64,000 nucleotides of DNA from Nemertoderma westbladi. Lineage: Eukaryota; Animalia; Xenacoelomorpha. The translations under genes were made by a program, and so were the position numbers. Where the stretch lies: positions 1 to 64,000 of the forward strand of contig JAUCBJ010002656.1 in the NCBI GenBank assembly GCA_032718475.1, written 5' to 3'. Shown one piece after another: positions 1 through 10,908 of the stretch (position 1 is the first letter of the stretch; every line of letters begins with the position of its first letter). The notes under the pieces were generated by a model. It was not told where the DNA came from. It did not search any database and was given only the letters and a program-made list of their open reading frames with translations.

Positions 1-3000
1 TTTAGTCGTGGCGGTGGGTTTCTGATCCAAAGCATCATCTCCGGAAGTAAATAATACAGATAGATCAACCGTAGGTTTAAACAACTTCGATTTACTCGCT
101 CGAGTTTTAGGTTTAACTTTCTCCGCTCCCTTGGCCTGTCTGATCTCTGCGGTTGTGAGATGGGGTGGCCATTCTTCTTCTTCTCGGTAGAGAAAGTCGG
201 GTCCACCTAACCATTCAGGAGTATTTACCAATTCCTTTGGAGTCGCTCCTCGGGAAGCGATGTCTGCTGGATTAATCGTTCCGGGGCAATGTCTCCATTG
301 GTCCATCGTCGTGCGACTAAGTATGATGGCTACTCTGTTGGTAACGAAGACGCTGAACTGACAGACTTCATTGGTTATATACTCCAACACGAGTAAAGCG
401 TCGGTCCAATAGACAGTTTTCTCTAATGTATAGTCAATCTGTTCGGTTACATTCCGGCCGATGGCTGTAGCGTATAGAGCCGCTTTTAACTCCGCTCGAG
501 GAACTTTCAACTTGTTGTTGATTAATGCCTTAGAAGTAACCAAGGCGACTTTGATTCCATCCGGAGTTTCCACTCTTAGGTAGGCTACTATACCGATTCC
601 CATATCGCTGGCGTCTCCAAACACATGGAGTTGATAGGAATACGTAGGGAGAACATGACCAAAATATGAACGGGAAATTATAAAATCCTCGATGGCCGGT
701 AGAGAATCTTCCCATTTCATCCACTTCTTCAATAATTCTCCCTTAAGTGGATCGTCCCATGAGTGGTTTTCAAGCCACATTTGTTGTACCAAACTTCGAG
801 CAATCAATATAACTGGGCTAATAAATCCCAATGGATCGAAATAAGTGCTCAGTATACTTAAGCAAATCCGTTTGGTTCGAACTGGATTATCTCGCTGTTT
901 TAGCTGGAAAAACAGGATATCTCTCTCTGTGTCCCATTTCAAGCCGAGTGTCTTGGTCTCTGGCAGATCATCTTTGATCAAATCGAGATCTTTCGCTCCT
1001 CGATCTTCCGCAGGGATCGACTCCAGAAACTCACGGGAGTTGCTGGTGAATTTGGTTAATCGAAATCCACCTCTTTTTAAGCACTCTACCGTTCCCTTAG
1101 CGACCTCAATGGCTTCCTCAACTGATGGGAGGGACTTCAGATTGTCGTCCATGTATATGTCTCTCATGATGTTGTCGATCACTTCCTTAGAGAATGCCTC
1201 TCGGTTGTCCTCTGCAGTAGTACGCACTACCGAACAGGCGTTGGAAGGGCTTGAGATTATCCCAAAGGCCTGGATGGTCATCCAGTACTCCACCGGTTTC
1301 TGGTTGAGGTCTCCTTCGGGCCACCATAGAAATCGTAGGCTATCTCGATCCCTATCCAACACTTTGACTTGCAAGAACATGCCTTCTATATCGGAGGCGA
1401 AAGCAATCGAATATTGTCTCAATCTTAAAAGAATTCCCAACAAAGATTGAAGTAAGTTGGGTCCGGGTAACAATTCAGAGTTAAGGGATTGACCCATGTA
1501 AAGAGCGGAGCCATCAAACACTACTCTCACTTCATTTGGTTTACCGGGTTTAGGAACGTAATGGTGAGTTAAATAATACGTTCTTTCAGTCACAGGTGTT
1601 TCTTCCGGTACCCTCTCCGCGTATCCCTTATTAATAAATTTTTCCAGCTGTGTTTGATACATTGCTTTAGCTGAAGAATTAGCCGTAAGGCGTCGATGGA
1701 GTTGCGCGATTCTTTTTTCCGCCAAAGGTCTGTTATTGATGAACTTCGGTTCTCTCTTGCGAAAAGGTAAACCGACTTCGTACCTTCCTTGATCTTTGAG
1801 GAAACGTGTAGTTGTCTCTTGGATCTGCTTGGCCCTTTCCTCTTCCACCGACAAGGCTTTATCGTAGGAATTGGGCTCTACCGCCTCTTGCGTAAAGAAT
1901 CGTACAGCATGTTCATCTCGAGTCTTGGCATTGCAACGCTCAATGACGTCATTTAACTCGTCGTTATAAGCTTCTCGTTCAGATGGATAGAGAAGTTGAC
2001 ATAAGTTCACTTGGTTTTGCCAAGCCTCGTTTTCCTTAAGGAGATCGATGGTATTCTCCTCATCAAAAAGCTGGTGAACGTCGTCGTTATCTGAGGAGTA
2101 TGGAATTCCCTCAGTTGAATCGTCTCCCTCACTAGCATCATCTTCCCATTCACTCACCTGGCAGACTCTCTCTTGCGGTAGTCTTTCTCTGAGTGTTCTA
2201 TGGGAAGGGCCAGTAAAGTACCAACCTACTCTAGTTCTTACCGCATAGGTCTGTAGGGGCTGCGGTTGAGCAGGCCGTTTCTCTAACGTCTCCAGCGCCT
2301 CATGCGCGTTTTGGCCGATGAGTATTTGCACTCCAGGATAATCAGTCTGGAATCGAGGTATGTTAAGATGTTGGATGCTCTCATCCTCGTCCCAATTATA
2401 AAGGTCTGCATGAGTAGTAGCGAAGTTCTTTATAGCCACCATTTTCACTGACCTTATGCTGTGTTCTCCTAGTTCGTCCTGGGGGGTGGACAACGCTCCT
2501 ACATAATAATCAGCTGTTATTGTAGATTTCCAAACTTGCATAATGCCTGACATGTTGAGCTTAGTTTGGAACTTGGGTTGTCCAGCAAATATATTTTCGG
2601 CTAGCTCTTTATCGATGAATGTTCCTGTGCTGCCGGAGTCCAGGAGGGCGTTCACTACATAACTCCGTTTAGGTCCGTGCACCCTTACCTGCACCACAGG
2701 AAACTCTCGGATCCCTACATTGGAAGATGGCTCTTTCCAAGATGGTTGTCGCTCAGAAGTAGTTAGAGTAAAGTCGTTATCGGTATCTTTTTCATATGTG
2801 AGTGCTCGATACACTGCGGTATTTATCATGTAACAGGATTCGTTTTCGTCGGAGAACTCGTCTGTATAGAATCCTTCCATCTCAGATTGATCAGTGTCGT
2901 TCACATCACTGAATTGGACATGTAGCTCGGAATCACTTACCTGATTCGGACTATTTCGATCGAATTCAGCGTGCAACAAGATATGATGTTTCGCACCACA

Positions 3001-6000
3001 CTTTGCACACCTTATGTCAGAGAAACAGGTTCGCCGTTGGTGTCCTTGTCTGAGGCAATTATAACATAACCGCTTATCCCACATGACTTCGCGTCTCTCC
3101 GTTAATGATTTCTTTAGAAATTCATCACACCTATTCAAATGGTGGGTCCCGTCACACAGCGCACATTTCGGTTTGATGTTACTTACCTTATTTTGAGTCA
3201 CATTGTGTACACTTGCCTTTTCTTCGGGCTTTCTCACCTGAATTCTCTTGGGAGACGTGGGAGGAGTTTTTCTTACCTGTTCCCTCCTGTCATTTGTTCG
3301 AGACTTGAATTTACTTACCTGATCTTTAGGCATTTTATTCACGTAATAAGACCTATCCGTGTCCTTCCCGCTATCTTCTCCTTGAGAAGTTTGGCTTTCG
3401 CCGTCATCAGTATAACATACTGGTGTTACCTTTCTCCTAGAGACGGGTTTTTCACTTACCTTGCTTTCCGGTGTCTTCTCTCTGGACAGTTTCAGGAGCT
3501 GTAATTTCACTTCTCCATCTAGGAATGACATGAGATCAGCCATGGTAGGGTCTCGCCGTTGTTGTTCCATCATATATAACACTTTCTTATCCCAGCGTGT
3601 ACCTACTCCACCTTTAGGTAAAGTAGAAGCCACTGCTCTAATAACCATAGTGTTCTGATACTCATGAGACTTACCTAGCCAATCTAATTGTCTGCAGATC
3701 TCCTGGATCTCATCGGAAAACTCGATAATTCCGCTACTAATAAACTTTCGGGGCGCTACTAACTTTGCATACAAGTACCCAGCGATATTATTCCTATAAA
3801 CATACATGATGTTTAGTGTATCCCAAACTTGTCTTAATCCGTCTGGATGTCCAATAAACTTTAACGCCATTAACTTGGGAGATCCTTCCAAGCACTCGAT
3901 GAGGTATCTAAGTTTTTCTCCATTAGATAGTACAGAGTTCTGTATGTTATCTTTGTAATATTCATTAAAAGGTAACCATTTCATCTCATCTCCATTGAAC
4001 TTGACGATCTCTCCCACCTTTACCGCTTGCCGGGCTTCGGTTCTAGCCATTTGACGCGTAAAACTTTCTTGGGCCATCGTGTTATTTAATATCGAGTTAT
4101 CGGTATATAAATTTCTCGGATTATGATCCGGTCTATAGGGAATATCATTATCAACAGGTCTATAATTACCCTTAATAGGGTTCACTATAGGAGTTTCTAC
4201 TTCGCTAGCAGTATAGATGCGTGTAGGCTCCACACCTTGCGCATGAGATACTTCAGACCTAACGGGTTGACACATTGTTACAGAGGGTGGTGGTATACCC
4301 TTTTTTAAGTTTACTAATTTAACGCGTTCTAACGCGATACTTTGCTGCACTTCTTGCAACTCTAACTTACTTTCCCTCACTGTTCCTTTTAAATGTTGGA
4401 CAGTCCCTTCCAACTCTCGGACCTGTTGGGAAGAGCGTATCCGATTCTCCTTCATCTCTCCTAGGAGAATATCCATCCCCCGCCGTCTCTCGTCTACCCA
4501 ATCAACCGCCGAAACGGGATCCGCCAACGTCGTAGCGGGCAGACGAGGGACAACGGGCGACAAATTTGGAATATTTCGCTCGGGGTCCAGGACCTGAACT
4601 GTCTCCTGGGCAGTTCTACGGGGCACAGGTAGCTTAGTGCTATGCAGAGGGAATTTATAGGTAGCTTCAGGGAGCACAGGTGTATCTATTACCGAAGGGG
4701 TGATTTCAAGAACAGGCCTACTTATTTCAGGCTCATCTACTATAGTAGGGAGTCTTTCTATTGTAATTATTTGGTCTGTGGGTTCTGTACTCTCTAAGTT
4801 GGTGTTATTTAGTTGCCTTCTAACAGCTGGAGGCAAATCAGGCAATTTCTGACGGTGGAATGTTCTTTTACGTCTGCTTAGGCGGGATCGATTTCCTCCG
4901 CCTTCAGTGTCGGTGGTATCGCCTTCCTCAGATGATGTATAACCTTGTCGTTTGGGAGTAGATCGATTCATCATCTGCATATTACTAGCTGTTAACTGTT
5001 TATTAAAGTTATCTTGCCTCTCTTGAAGATTTTCCAACTCTAGTTGGGTTGTCTCTTCAGATGCCCTCCGTTCTGCTTCTGCCACTGCTATCTTTCTTTC
5101 CGCTTCTGCCGCTGCCGCTTTTGCCTCTGCCGCTGCCGCTTTCCTTTCCGCTTCTACGGCTGCAGCTGCCGCTTTTGCCTCTGCCGCTGCCGCTTTTATT
5201 GCTGCAGCTGCCGCTTTTGCCTCTGCCGCTGCCTCTGCTGCCTTTCTTTCCGCTTCTGCCGCTGCCACTGCCGCTGCTGCTGTCTTTCTATCTTCTATAC
5301 GTTTTTTCCTTACTTGTTCTTCCTTTTCTCTAGCGATGCGGAGTTGTTCATCGAATTTAGCTTGGTTCGCCGCTAACCTATCCACATCAATCGCATCTAA
5401 CACAAGTTTGGCTCCTTCGCTATTAGGGCTAAGTCCCTCTAGCCTTCTCCTCAACTCTTCATCTCCCAAAAAACGCTGATAGTCTGACAGATAGATATCA
5501 ATGGCATCCTTCTTATGCGGTTTCTCTGCCGTCGCTTCACTTTCCACTTGGGAAAAAGTAGCGTCCGTCGATTCTCCATGGGTTGAGCGCTCCTCCAACT
5601 GAGCTTTCCACTGAGCTGCTCCTTGAACCTGGCGTCTCACCCTTTGAAGCCAAGTCTTTACGGCAACTTGCGACGACGTGTCTTGTCTTCTTTTAGAAGC
5701 CTCCTCAAAGGCGGATAAGATTAGCCTAATTCGCAGGACTCTTTCTCTAACTTGATAAAGCAGCTGTCCCTGCTCTTGAGGTCCTTGAGGTTGTTTAAAC
5801 AGTTGTCTTTCTACTCGCTCCATAGAGCTGAAGAATCCCTGTGCGTATCCGGCTGCGGACCTCTTCCATACAGCTGGATCGATGGTTTCCTTGGCTACTC
5901 CCATCCGGTGTATGTCTTCCCAGGCAGCTTCTGATAAATCAAACGGGAGTCCGGGTCCGGGGAAGTTCCATTGCGACTCGACCATGGACTTCAGTTCTTC

Positions 6001-6459
6001 TCTTGTGTATCCAGCATAACTATCTCTAGTTGAACGCTGGCTTCTCGCCCAATCGATCTGGTGTTTTTCCACAGCGATCAATAACCTAGTGAGTACGGCT
6101 GCAGGAAGGATGAGAAGGGGATCCGTATAAACCGCATCCGTCATCTCTGCTCCGCGCTCAGGTGTCAGCTCTACAGTATCCTCACTACTGGAGCTGCTGG
6201 GCCGCTGAGGAATAAGTTCTTGACTCGCGGGTTGTTGCTGTTCCGCTGCTTCTTGGTCCCGCTTGACCTGAGCTCGAGTGCCTATGATAGACCTACGATG
6301 TTGGACTAGCCTAGGTTCTGTTATTACTACTGGAGGGATGACCTTCCTCACAGTGGGAGGTGAACTGAATTTACGACCAGACGGTTGTACGTCTCTATCT
6401 GAGTCGCAGATAGTTACATCTAATATACTGTCTGACAGGTTCTGCTTAGTATCAGACAT
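1..6459 (-). CDS. BEL/Pao Gag-Pol polyprotein, 3'-partial (>2150 aa)
   Basis: ATG at 6459. Motifs read in one frame: Gag core IVKFNGDEMKWLPF (~4010); three zinc knuckles CALCDGTHHLNRC / CYNCLRQGHQRRTC / CAKCGAKHHILLH (~2980-3165); protease NALLDSGST (~2640); RT IYMDDN (~1150); RNase H QWRHCPGTINPADIASRG (~250-300). It is absent from the ORF track, consistent with no stop before the window edge. Confidence 0.93.
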   Translation of the reverse strand, partial: MSDTKQNLSDSILDVTICDSDRDVQPSGRKFSSPPTVRKVIPPVVITEPRLVQHRRSIIGTRAQVKRDQEAAEQQQPASQELIPQRPSSSSSEDTVELTPERGAEMTDAVYTDPLLILPAAVLTRLLIAVEKHQIDWARSQRSTRDSYAGYTREELKSMVESQWNFPGPGLPFDLSEAAWEDIHRMGVAKETIDPAVWKRSAAGYAQGFFSSMERVERQLFKQPQGPQEQGQLLYQVRERVLRIRLILSAFEEASKRRQDTSSQVAVKTWLQRVRRQVQGAAQWKAQLEERSTHGESTDATFSQVESEATAEKPHKKDAIDIYLSDYQRFLGDEELRRRLEGLSPNSEGAKLVLDAIDVDRLAANQAKFDEQLRIAREKEEQVRKKRIEDRKTAAAAVAAAEAERKAAEAAAEAKAAAAAIKAAAAEAKAAAAAVEAERKAAAAEAKAAAAEAERKIAVAEAERRASEETTQLELENLQERQDNFNKQLTASNMQMMNRSTPKRQGYTSSEEGDTTDTEGGGNRSRLSRRKRTFHRQKLPDLPPAVRRQLNNTNLESTEPTDQIITIERLPTIVDEPEISRPVLEITPSVIDTPVLPEATYKFPLHSTKLPVPRRTAQETVQVLDPERNIPNLSPVVPRLPATTLADPVSAVDWVDERRRGMDILLGEMKENRIRSSQQVRELEGTVQHLKGTVRESKLELQEVQQSIALERVKLVNLKKGIPPPSVTMCQPVRSEVSHAQGVEPTRIYTASEVETPIVNPIKGNYRPVDNDIPYRPDHNPRNLYTDNSILNNTMAQESFTRQMARTEARQAVKVGEIVKFNGDEMKWLPFNEYYKDNIQNSVLSNGEKLRYLIECLEGSPKLMALKFIGHPDGLRQVWDTLNIMYVYRNNIAGYLYAKLVAPRKFISSGIIEFSDEIQEICRQLDWLGKSHEYQNTMVIRAVASTLPKGGVGTRWDKKVLYMMEQQRRDPTMADLMSFLDGEVKLQLLKLSREKTPESKVSEKPVSRRKVTPVCYTDDGESQTSQGEDSGKDTDRSYYVNKMPKDQVSKFKSRTNDRREQVRKTPPTSPKRIQVRKPEEKASVHNVTQNKVSNIKPKCALCDGTHHLNRCDEFLKKSLTERREVMWDKRLCYNCLRQGHQRRTCFSDIRCAKCGAKHHILLHAEFDRNSPNQVSDSELHVQFSDVNDTDQSEMEGFYTDEFSDENESCYMINTAVYRALTYEKDTDNDFTLTTSERQPSWKEPSSNVGIREFPVVQVRVHGPKRSYVVNALLDSGSTGTFIDKELAENIFAGQPKFQTKLNMSGIMQVWKSTITADYYVGALSTPQDELGEHSIRSVKMVAIKNFATTHADLYNWDEDESIQHLNIPRFQTDYPGVQILIGQNAHEALETLEKRPAQPQPLQTYAVRTRVGWYFTGPSHRTLRERLPQERVCQVSEWEDDASEGDDSTEGIPYSSDNDDVHQLFDEENTIDLLKENEAWQNQVNLCQLLYPSEREAYNDELNDVIERCNAKTRDEHAVRFFTQEAVEPNSYDKALSVEEERAKQIQETTTRFLKDQGRYEVGLPFRKREPKFINNRPLAEKRIAQLHRRLTANSSAKAMYQTQLEKFINKGYAERVPEETPVTERTYYLTHHYVPKPGKPNEVRVVFDGSALYMGQSLNSELLPGPNLLQSLLGILLRLRQYSIAFASDIEGMFLQVKVLDRDRDSLRFLWWPEGDLNQKPVEYWMTIQAFGIISSPSNACSVVRTTAEDNREAFSKEVIDNIMRDIYMDDNLKSLPSVEEAIEVAKGTVECLKRGGFRLTKFTSNSREFLESIPAEDRGAKDLDLIKDDLPETKTLGLKWDTERDILFFQLKQRDNPVRTKRICLSILSTYFDPLGFISPVILIARSLVQQMWLENHSWDDPLKGELLKKWMKWEDSLPAIEDFIISRSYFGHVLPTYSYQLHVFGDASDMGIGIVAYLRVETPDGIKVALVTSKALINNKLKVPRAELKAALYATAIGRNVTEQIDYTLEKTVYWTDALLVLEYITNEVCQFSVFVTNRVAIILSRTTMDQWRHCPGTINPADIASRGATPKELVNTPEWLGGPDFLYREEEEWPPHLTTAEIRQAKGAEKVKPKTRASKSKLFKPTVDLSVLFTSGDDALDQKPTATTK

Positions 6460-7764
6460 GACTATGTATACCGTTGAATGTCTACTGCTATATTACAGTC
6501 TGAGCAAGTCTAGTAACTCAGTATTAACTGCTAGCCTAATAATTAATTACCGGTACTGCTACTCAGTGTAGCGTGATATATATATAATATATTAGAATAC
6601 CGGTATGCTTATAGTATATATAACTATTATTACAGACTAGGTTTATCACAGAATACCGGTATAATTTTAGCACAAATATATATAAATATATAATAGGCCT
6701 ATCGGGAATACCGGTATACAGCTTACAGTTTGTAGTATATATAATTCTGGACTAGAATTAATTACAAGTACCGGTATAATTTCAGCCTAAATTTATAGAA
6801 ATAAAGATAATAGGCCTATCGTAAATACCGGTATATCAATTATTTTAAATAATTGAATTTCTGAACTTTAGGGTTACTTGGTTACTTTAACTTACTTTAT
6901 TACCGTTATTTAAGCAGTAGTCCAACTGATATTGAGACCTAATTGTTATATGGTAGGCCTACTATTTATAAATCGTTAGATTTGATTTATAATATATATA
7001 TACCCGTTTGAATGGGTTTAGCCAATGTTTGAAATAAATGTTATTATTTCTGGGGTAATCACTACACAAAGCGGTACGCTTTCAGTGAAGTGTTACGTAT
7101 AGGATACTAAAACAAATAATTCTAATTTACCTAAGTTACTTAATACTACAAATTACGTACAATTCGGGTGAGATTACAATCTCTAAATAAACACAAAAAT
7201 TTACAAAAACACAAAATACGAAATTTTTAGGGTAATTTTACAAGAAGTCTACAAACCAGCCTAACAAAGGGTTAGAATTCTGGTTATTACAACGGACAGG
7301 GTACTACGGTATTTGAAATAATAAGTAGTAGTAAATACACTGCGTTGTCCAGATAGGAAAATACCACCGCCTGACGACCTATAGCCGTATCGCTATAGGT
7401 TCTACGTTATGTATCACGGAGTGTTCCTACCTAGAAGTTAATAGAGCTAATCGAACGTGCCTATCAACCACTTTACAACACAAATATAATGTCTACACTA
7501 ATTACTTTCGGAAAGCACTGTACACTAAACCCTAAATTAGGTACGAGTACTTGTACAACAGATAATCAGTAGTTAAATATACTTGAACAGCTAAAAGAAC
7601 CACGGCATCTGCTGGAGTGACCGCTGCACAAAATCACCAGTCTTTACCTACGCCAAGCAGCCCGTGTAGTACCGGGGTTAATTTAACTATAGCGGTATGT
7701 ATAACAAACACAATTACTGTAGGAACAAACTTGGGGAATGAATGTTGCGAATAATCGCATAAAC

Positions 7765-8345
7765 TCTGAATAATAAATATTACGCTACGCGTACAAACTA
7801 CTCAAACAAAATACAGACCGAACACTGACAGACTACTATCAAGCCTAAACAAACTACAGGACATGCAGACTCCGAAATGATTAGGGAGTATGCGTTCTAA
7901 CCCAGTAGTACGACTTATTCTTTAGTTGGGGGTTTACCTTACAGCGTTCGCTGCCCCTACTTCCTAACCGTACTTAATCGGACAAGTGATCTACACACGC
8001 TGCAATCCGTTCAGACCCAATGACAGCCAGACAACTATCCAGCCTACAAATTATCTAAATAAATATTATACGCTACCCGTACAGACTTACACAAACAAAG
8101 TACAGACTAAACGATGGCAGACTACTCTCAAGCCTAAATAAACTACAGGACATGCAGACTCCGAAATGATTAGGGAGTATGCGTTCTAACCCAGTAGTAC
8201 GACTTATTCTTTAGTTGGGGGTTTACCTTACAGCATTCGCTGCCCCTACTTCCTAACCGTACTTAATCGGACAGGTGATCTACACACACTGCAATTCGTT
8301 CAGACTTAACAGCAATCAGACAACAGCTCAGCCTACAAATCGTCT
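7765..8345. repeat. ~296 bp tandem duplication in the BEL 5' leader
   Basis: The block aagcctaaa...caggacatgcagactccgaaatgattagggag...gttcagac occurs at ~7840-8015 and again at ~8130-8305, nearly identical. Confidence 0.9.
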
Positions 8346-8758
8346 GTACAATCTGATCAGGTTTACACGCCTTCTGTTCAATACTGGCCTACAAATAAAT
8401 AAAACTTGACAGAAATAAGTAAACCATATAAAGGAATAAGGGGTGATCAATCCCTAATCCCTTAAACAGCCTACCGGTATACAACAATCAAATCGAATAA
8501 TACTAGTGTACTTATACGGAAGTACCGGTTAGAACAGCTAGGCCTACGGACCTACAGAAGTACTGGTTCTGGCAGTTGGGCCTACTGACCTACGGCAGTA
8601 CCGGTTCTGGCAGTTGGGCCTACTGACCTACAGATGTACCGGTTCAGGTTTACCGGTTGACCGGTACTTTCAACTTTATTGCTTACTGCAACAAAGAAGC
8701 TATATCCTTTAATGTTCGCGCTTTCAGACCTTTGGCAGTTCAACCCGCCAAATTAAGA

Positions 8759-9887
8759 TGTCTTCTAGATATTAAATCGCTTTTTAGCCTATGACAAGTA
8801 TTTGATTCACTACACTAGTCGAAACCAATCTGTGCGCGACCATTCACCCGCTGGATATTCGCGGGAGATTGGGTTCGACGGTTTAATTTTATTGCTATGT
8901 AAGCCTAATGTATTATTCGACTGACAGTATTATATAATCTCTGACAATATTATTCACCTTCGGGAATATTAACAGTTCCTTTAGGACGTGGCGCTTTATC
9001 TATATAAACAGAGTTATGACTTAAACTACTCACAACGATATGGCTCAATTATAATTCACATATATGGCGCATTCTTTAGGAATTGCTTCTTTAACAGACT
9101 CACTCATACGCAATGCTGCACAATACTGCACACTAATCTGCCAATCTTCACTGATTTTAGTCACATATAAAAGGAACACAGACTGACTCATGTAGGGTCT
9201 ATCAAATAACATTAGATTCACTTCAAACCACTTTAACATAAGTCACAATCGTTATTGGTAACCTTTCTCTCTTACCTTCGGTATATCAAGAATATTGGGT
9301 GTCGGGGTTATTTCTCGTTATTCCAATATAATAATTCATCAACAAATATAATGAATAACCGACAACAAATAGCAGTATGCAGTATTCACAGATCAATCGT
9401 GCCAGTTTGTTTTGAGTTAAGACAATCAGTCAGTTAAAGGATATATGTCCTTATAATTAAACCTACTAGTGTTGAGCTAAAAAGCAGAAAGCACAAAACA
9501 CTAAAAAGCCGTTCTTTCGTGGCTTTGAAAAACTCGTGACTACTGCTCTATACGAGGATACCAACTACCCTTATTCCACGAAACTCCCGTTCAACACAGA
9601 GAAAGAGCAGTGAGATAGGAAAATTTCAGTTCAGTAGCTCTGTGATAGGTCAAAATCAAGGCTAACTCAAATTCTATTGGGAGATACAAAAACAAGGCTA
9701 TGACGCAACCTCCCTAGGCTTGTTGGCCGATTAAACAGAGCCCAGATGCCTGCGTACAGCAAATCAGCCAATAAGCTGGTAACTTGCACTATTTTTAGCT
9801 ATAGATCACTTTGAGAGTATTCTTAGCGACTGGGGGGGAACTGGCCAACAAGGCAAACGAATCAGTTATCCCACAAAAGCTTTTACA
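8759..9887 (-). repeat. 5' LTR of the BEL element (~1129 bp)
   Basis: The minus strand starts TGTAAAAG (9887) and ends AGAAGACA (8759), followed 8 nt later by PBS-like TGGCGGGTTGAAC. Both ends match the LTR at 40608-41717. Confidence 0.88.
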
Positions 9888-10062
9888 AACTTATTTGTTT
9901 TCTTTTCTTGTGGGACTCTTGTTGTTCTGTACATGTCTACTATGATGGGATAGGTGAGGTTTAAACACTCAGGTATTTTAAAGACTTCAGGGGGGACATC
10001 ATCTACACCACTGGCACGATTGGTCTTAATGCTCTTTGCAGCAGCCTTCACTTCTGCAAAGT
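9888..10062 (-). repeat. Inverted copy of RT fragment 10323-10496
   Basis: It is the reverse complement of gcagaagtgaaggctgctgcaaagagc...aaacaaataagtt and encodes KAAAKSIKTNRASGVDDVPPEVFK. Confidence 0.85.
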
Positions 10063-10189
10063 AGATATATTGATCAATATATTGATACTATATTGATCAA
10101 TATATTGATACTATATTGATCAATTTGCTAATTTTCAAAAATTTGGTGCTGACAACCACTGCCGAAAAATACAATTTTGGGAACTCTTA

Positions 10190-10905
10190 TGTTAACGCCT
10201 CAATAATGGTTGGAAGGCCCACTTTGAAAAGCTCCTTAATAATGACAGGGTATTGCCTGATCACTTTATAGAAGTAAAAGTGTCTGAGTCTGTACTCCCA
10301 GATATTCCCATTGGCGATATCTCCTTTGCAGAAGTGAAGGCTGCTGCAAAGAGCATTAAGACCAATCGTGCTAGTGGAGTAAATGGTGTTCCCCTGAGGT
10401 CTTTAAAATACCTGAGTGTTTAAAGCTCATCTATCCTATCATAGTAGACATGTACCGAACAACAAGAGTCCCACAAGAAATGAAAACAAATAAGTTAGTG
10501 CCAGTTACCAAGAATGGCAATCTTTTCGGGGAATCTTATTGATCTTGATTGCTGCAAAGCTATACAATAGAATTCTATTAAATCGCATCAGGGATCCCAT
10601 TGAGAGACTACTCCGTGGAAATCAGAATGGGTTCCGTAAAGGTCGTGGGACCATGGAGCCCATTTTGGTACTTAGAAGGATAATTGAAGAGTTATCAAAA
10701 AAGAAAGACAGGCATCTGGCTGTTATCTTTGTAGACTTATTCAAGGCCTTTGATTCAGTCTCTCGCTCACGTATGTTCAGCATACTTTCATTATATGGGA
10801 TTCCGGATGCAATTTTTGCAGCAATCAGATCAGTATACGATGGTTCGACAACATTTGTGTCTTCTGTTGACAGTGACACAGAACCATGTGAAGTGTTATG
10901 GGGCG
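10190..10905 (+). pseudogene. Degraded non-LTR (RTE-like) reverse transcriptase fragment
   Basis: AAKLYNRILLNRIR...NQNGFRKGR...VIFVDLFKAFDSV...YGIP; frameshifted upstream and broken off at the GVLQG-equivalent motif (~10905). Confidence 0.85.
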
Positions 10906-10908
10906 AAT

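Larger units (their letters stand above)
1..9887 (-). mobile_element. BEL/Pao LTR retrotransposon, 5' half (LTR, long leader, gag-pol); continues beyond the left window edge
   Basis: The LTR at 8759-9887 (TG...CA) is homologous to 40608-41717. Downstream is a single long ORF with BEL-order domains: gag zinc knuckles, protease, RT, RNase H. Confidence 0.95.

Noticed and set aside
5044-5376. Cys/Arg-rich and Leu/Pro-rich plus-strand ORFs (metallothionein-like appearance)
   Set aside because: Antisense shadows of the Ala/Glu/Lys repeat in Gag.
845-6571. Plus-strand ORFs over the BEL element
   Set aside because: Antisense to the motif-bearing gag-pol frame, with no recognisable domains.
7765-8345. 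Hammerhead ribozyme in the tandem leader repeats
   Set aside because: I found no CUGANGA/GAAA core with compatible stems on either strand.
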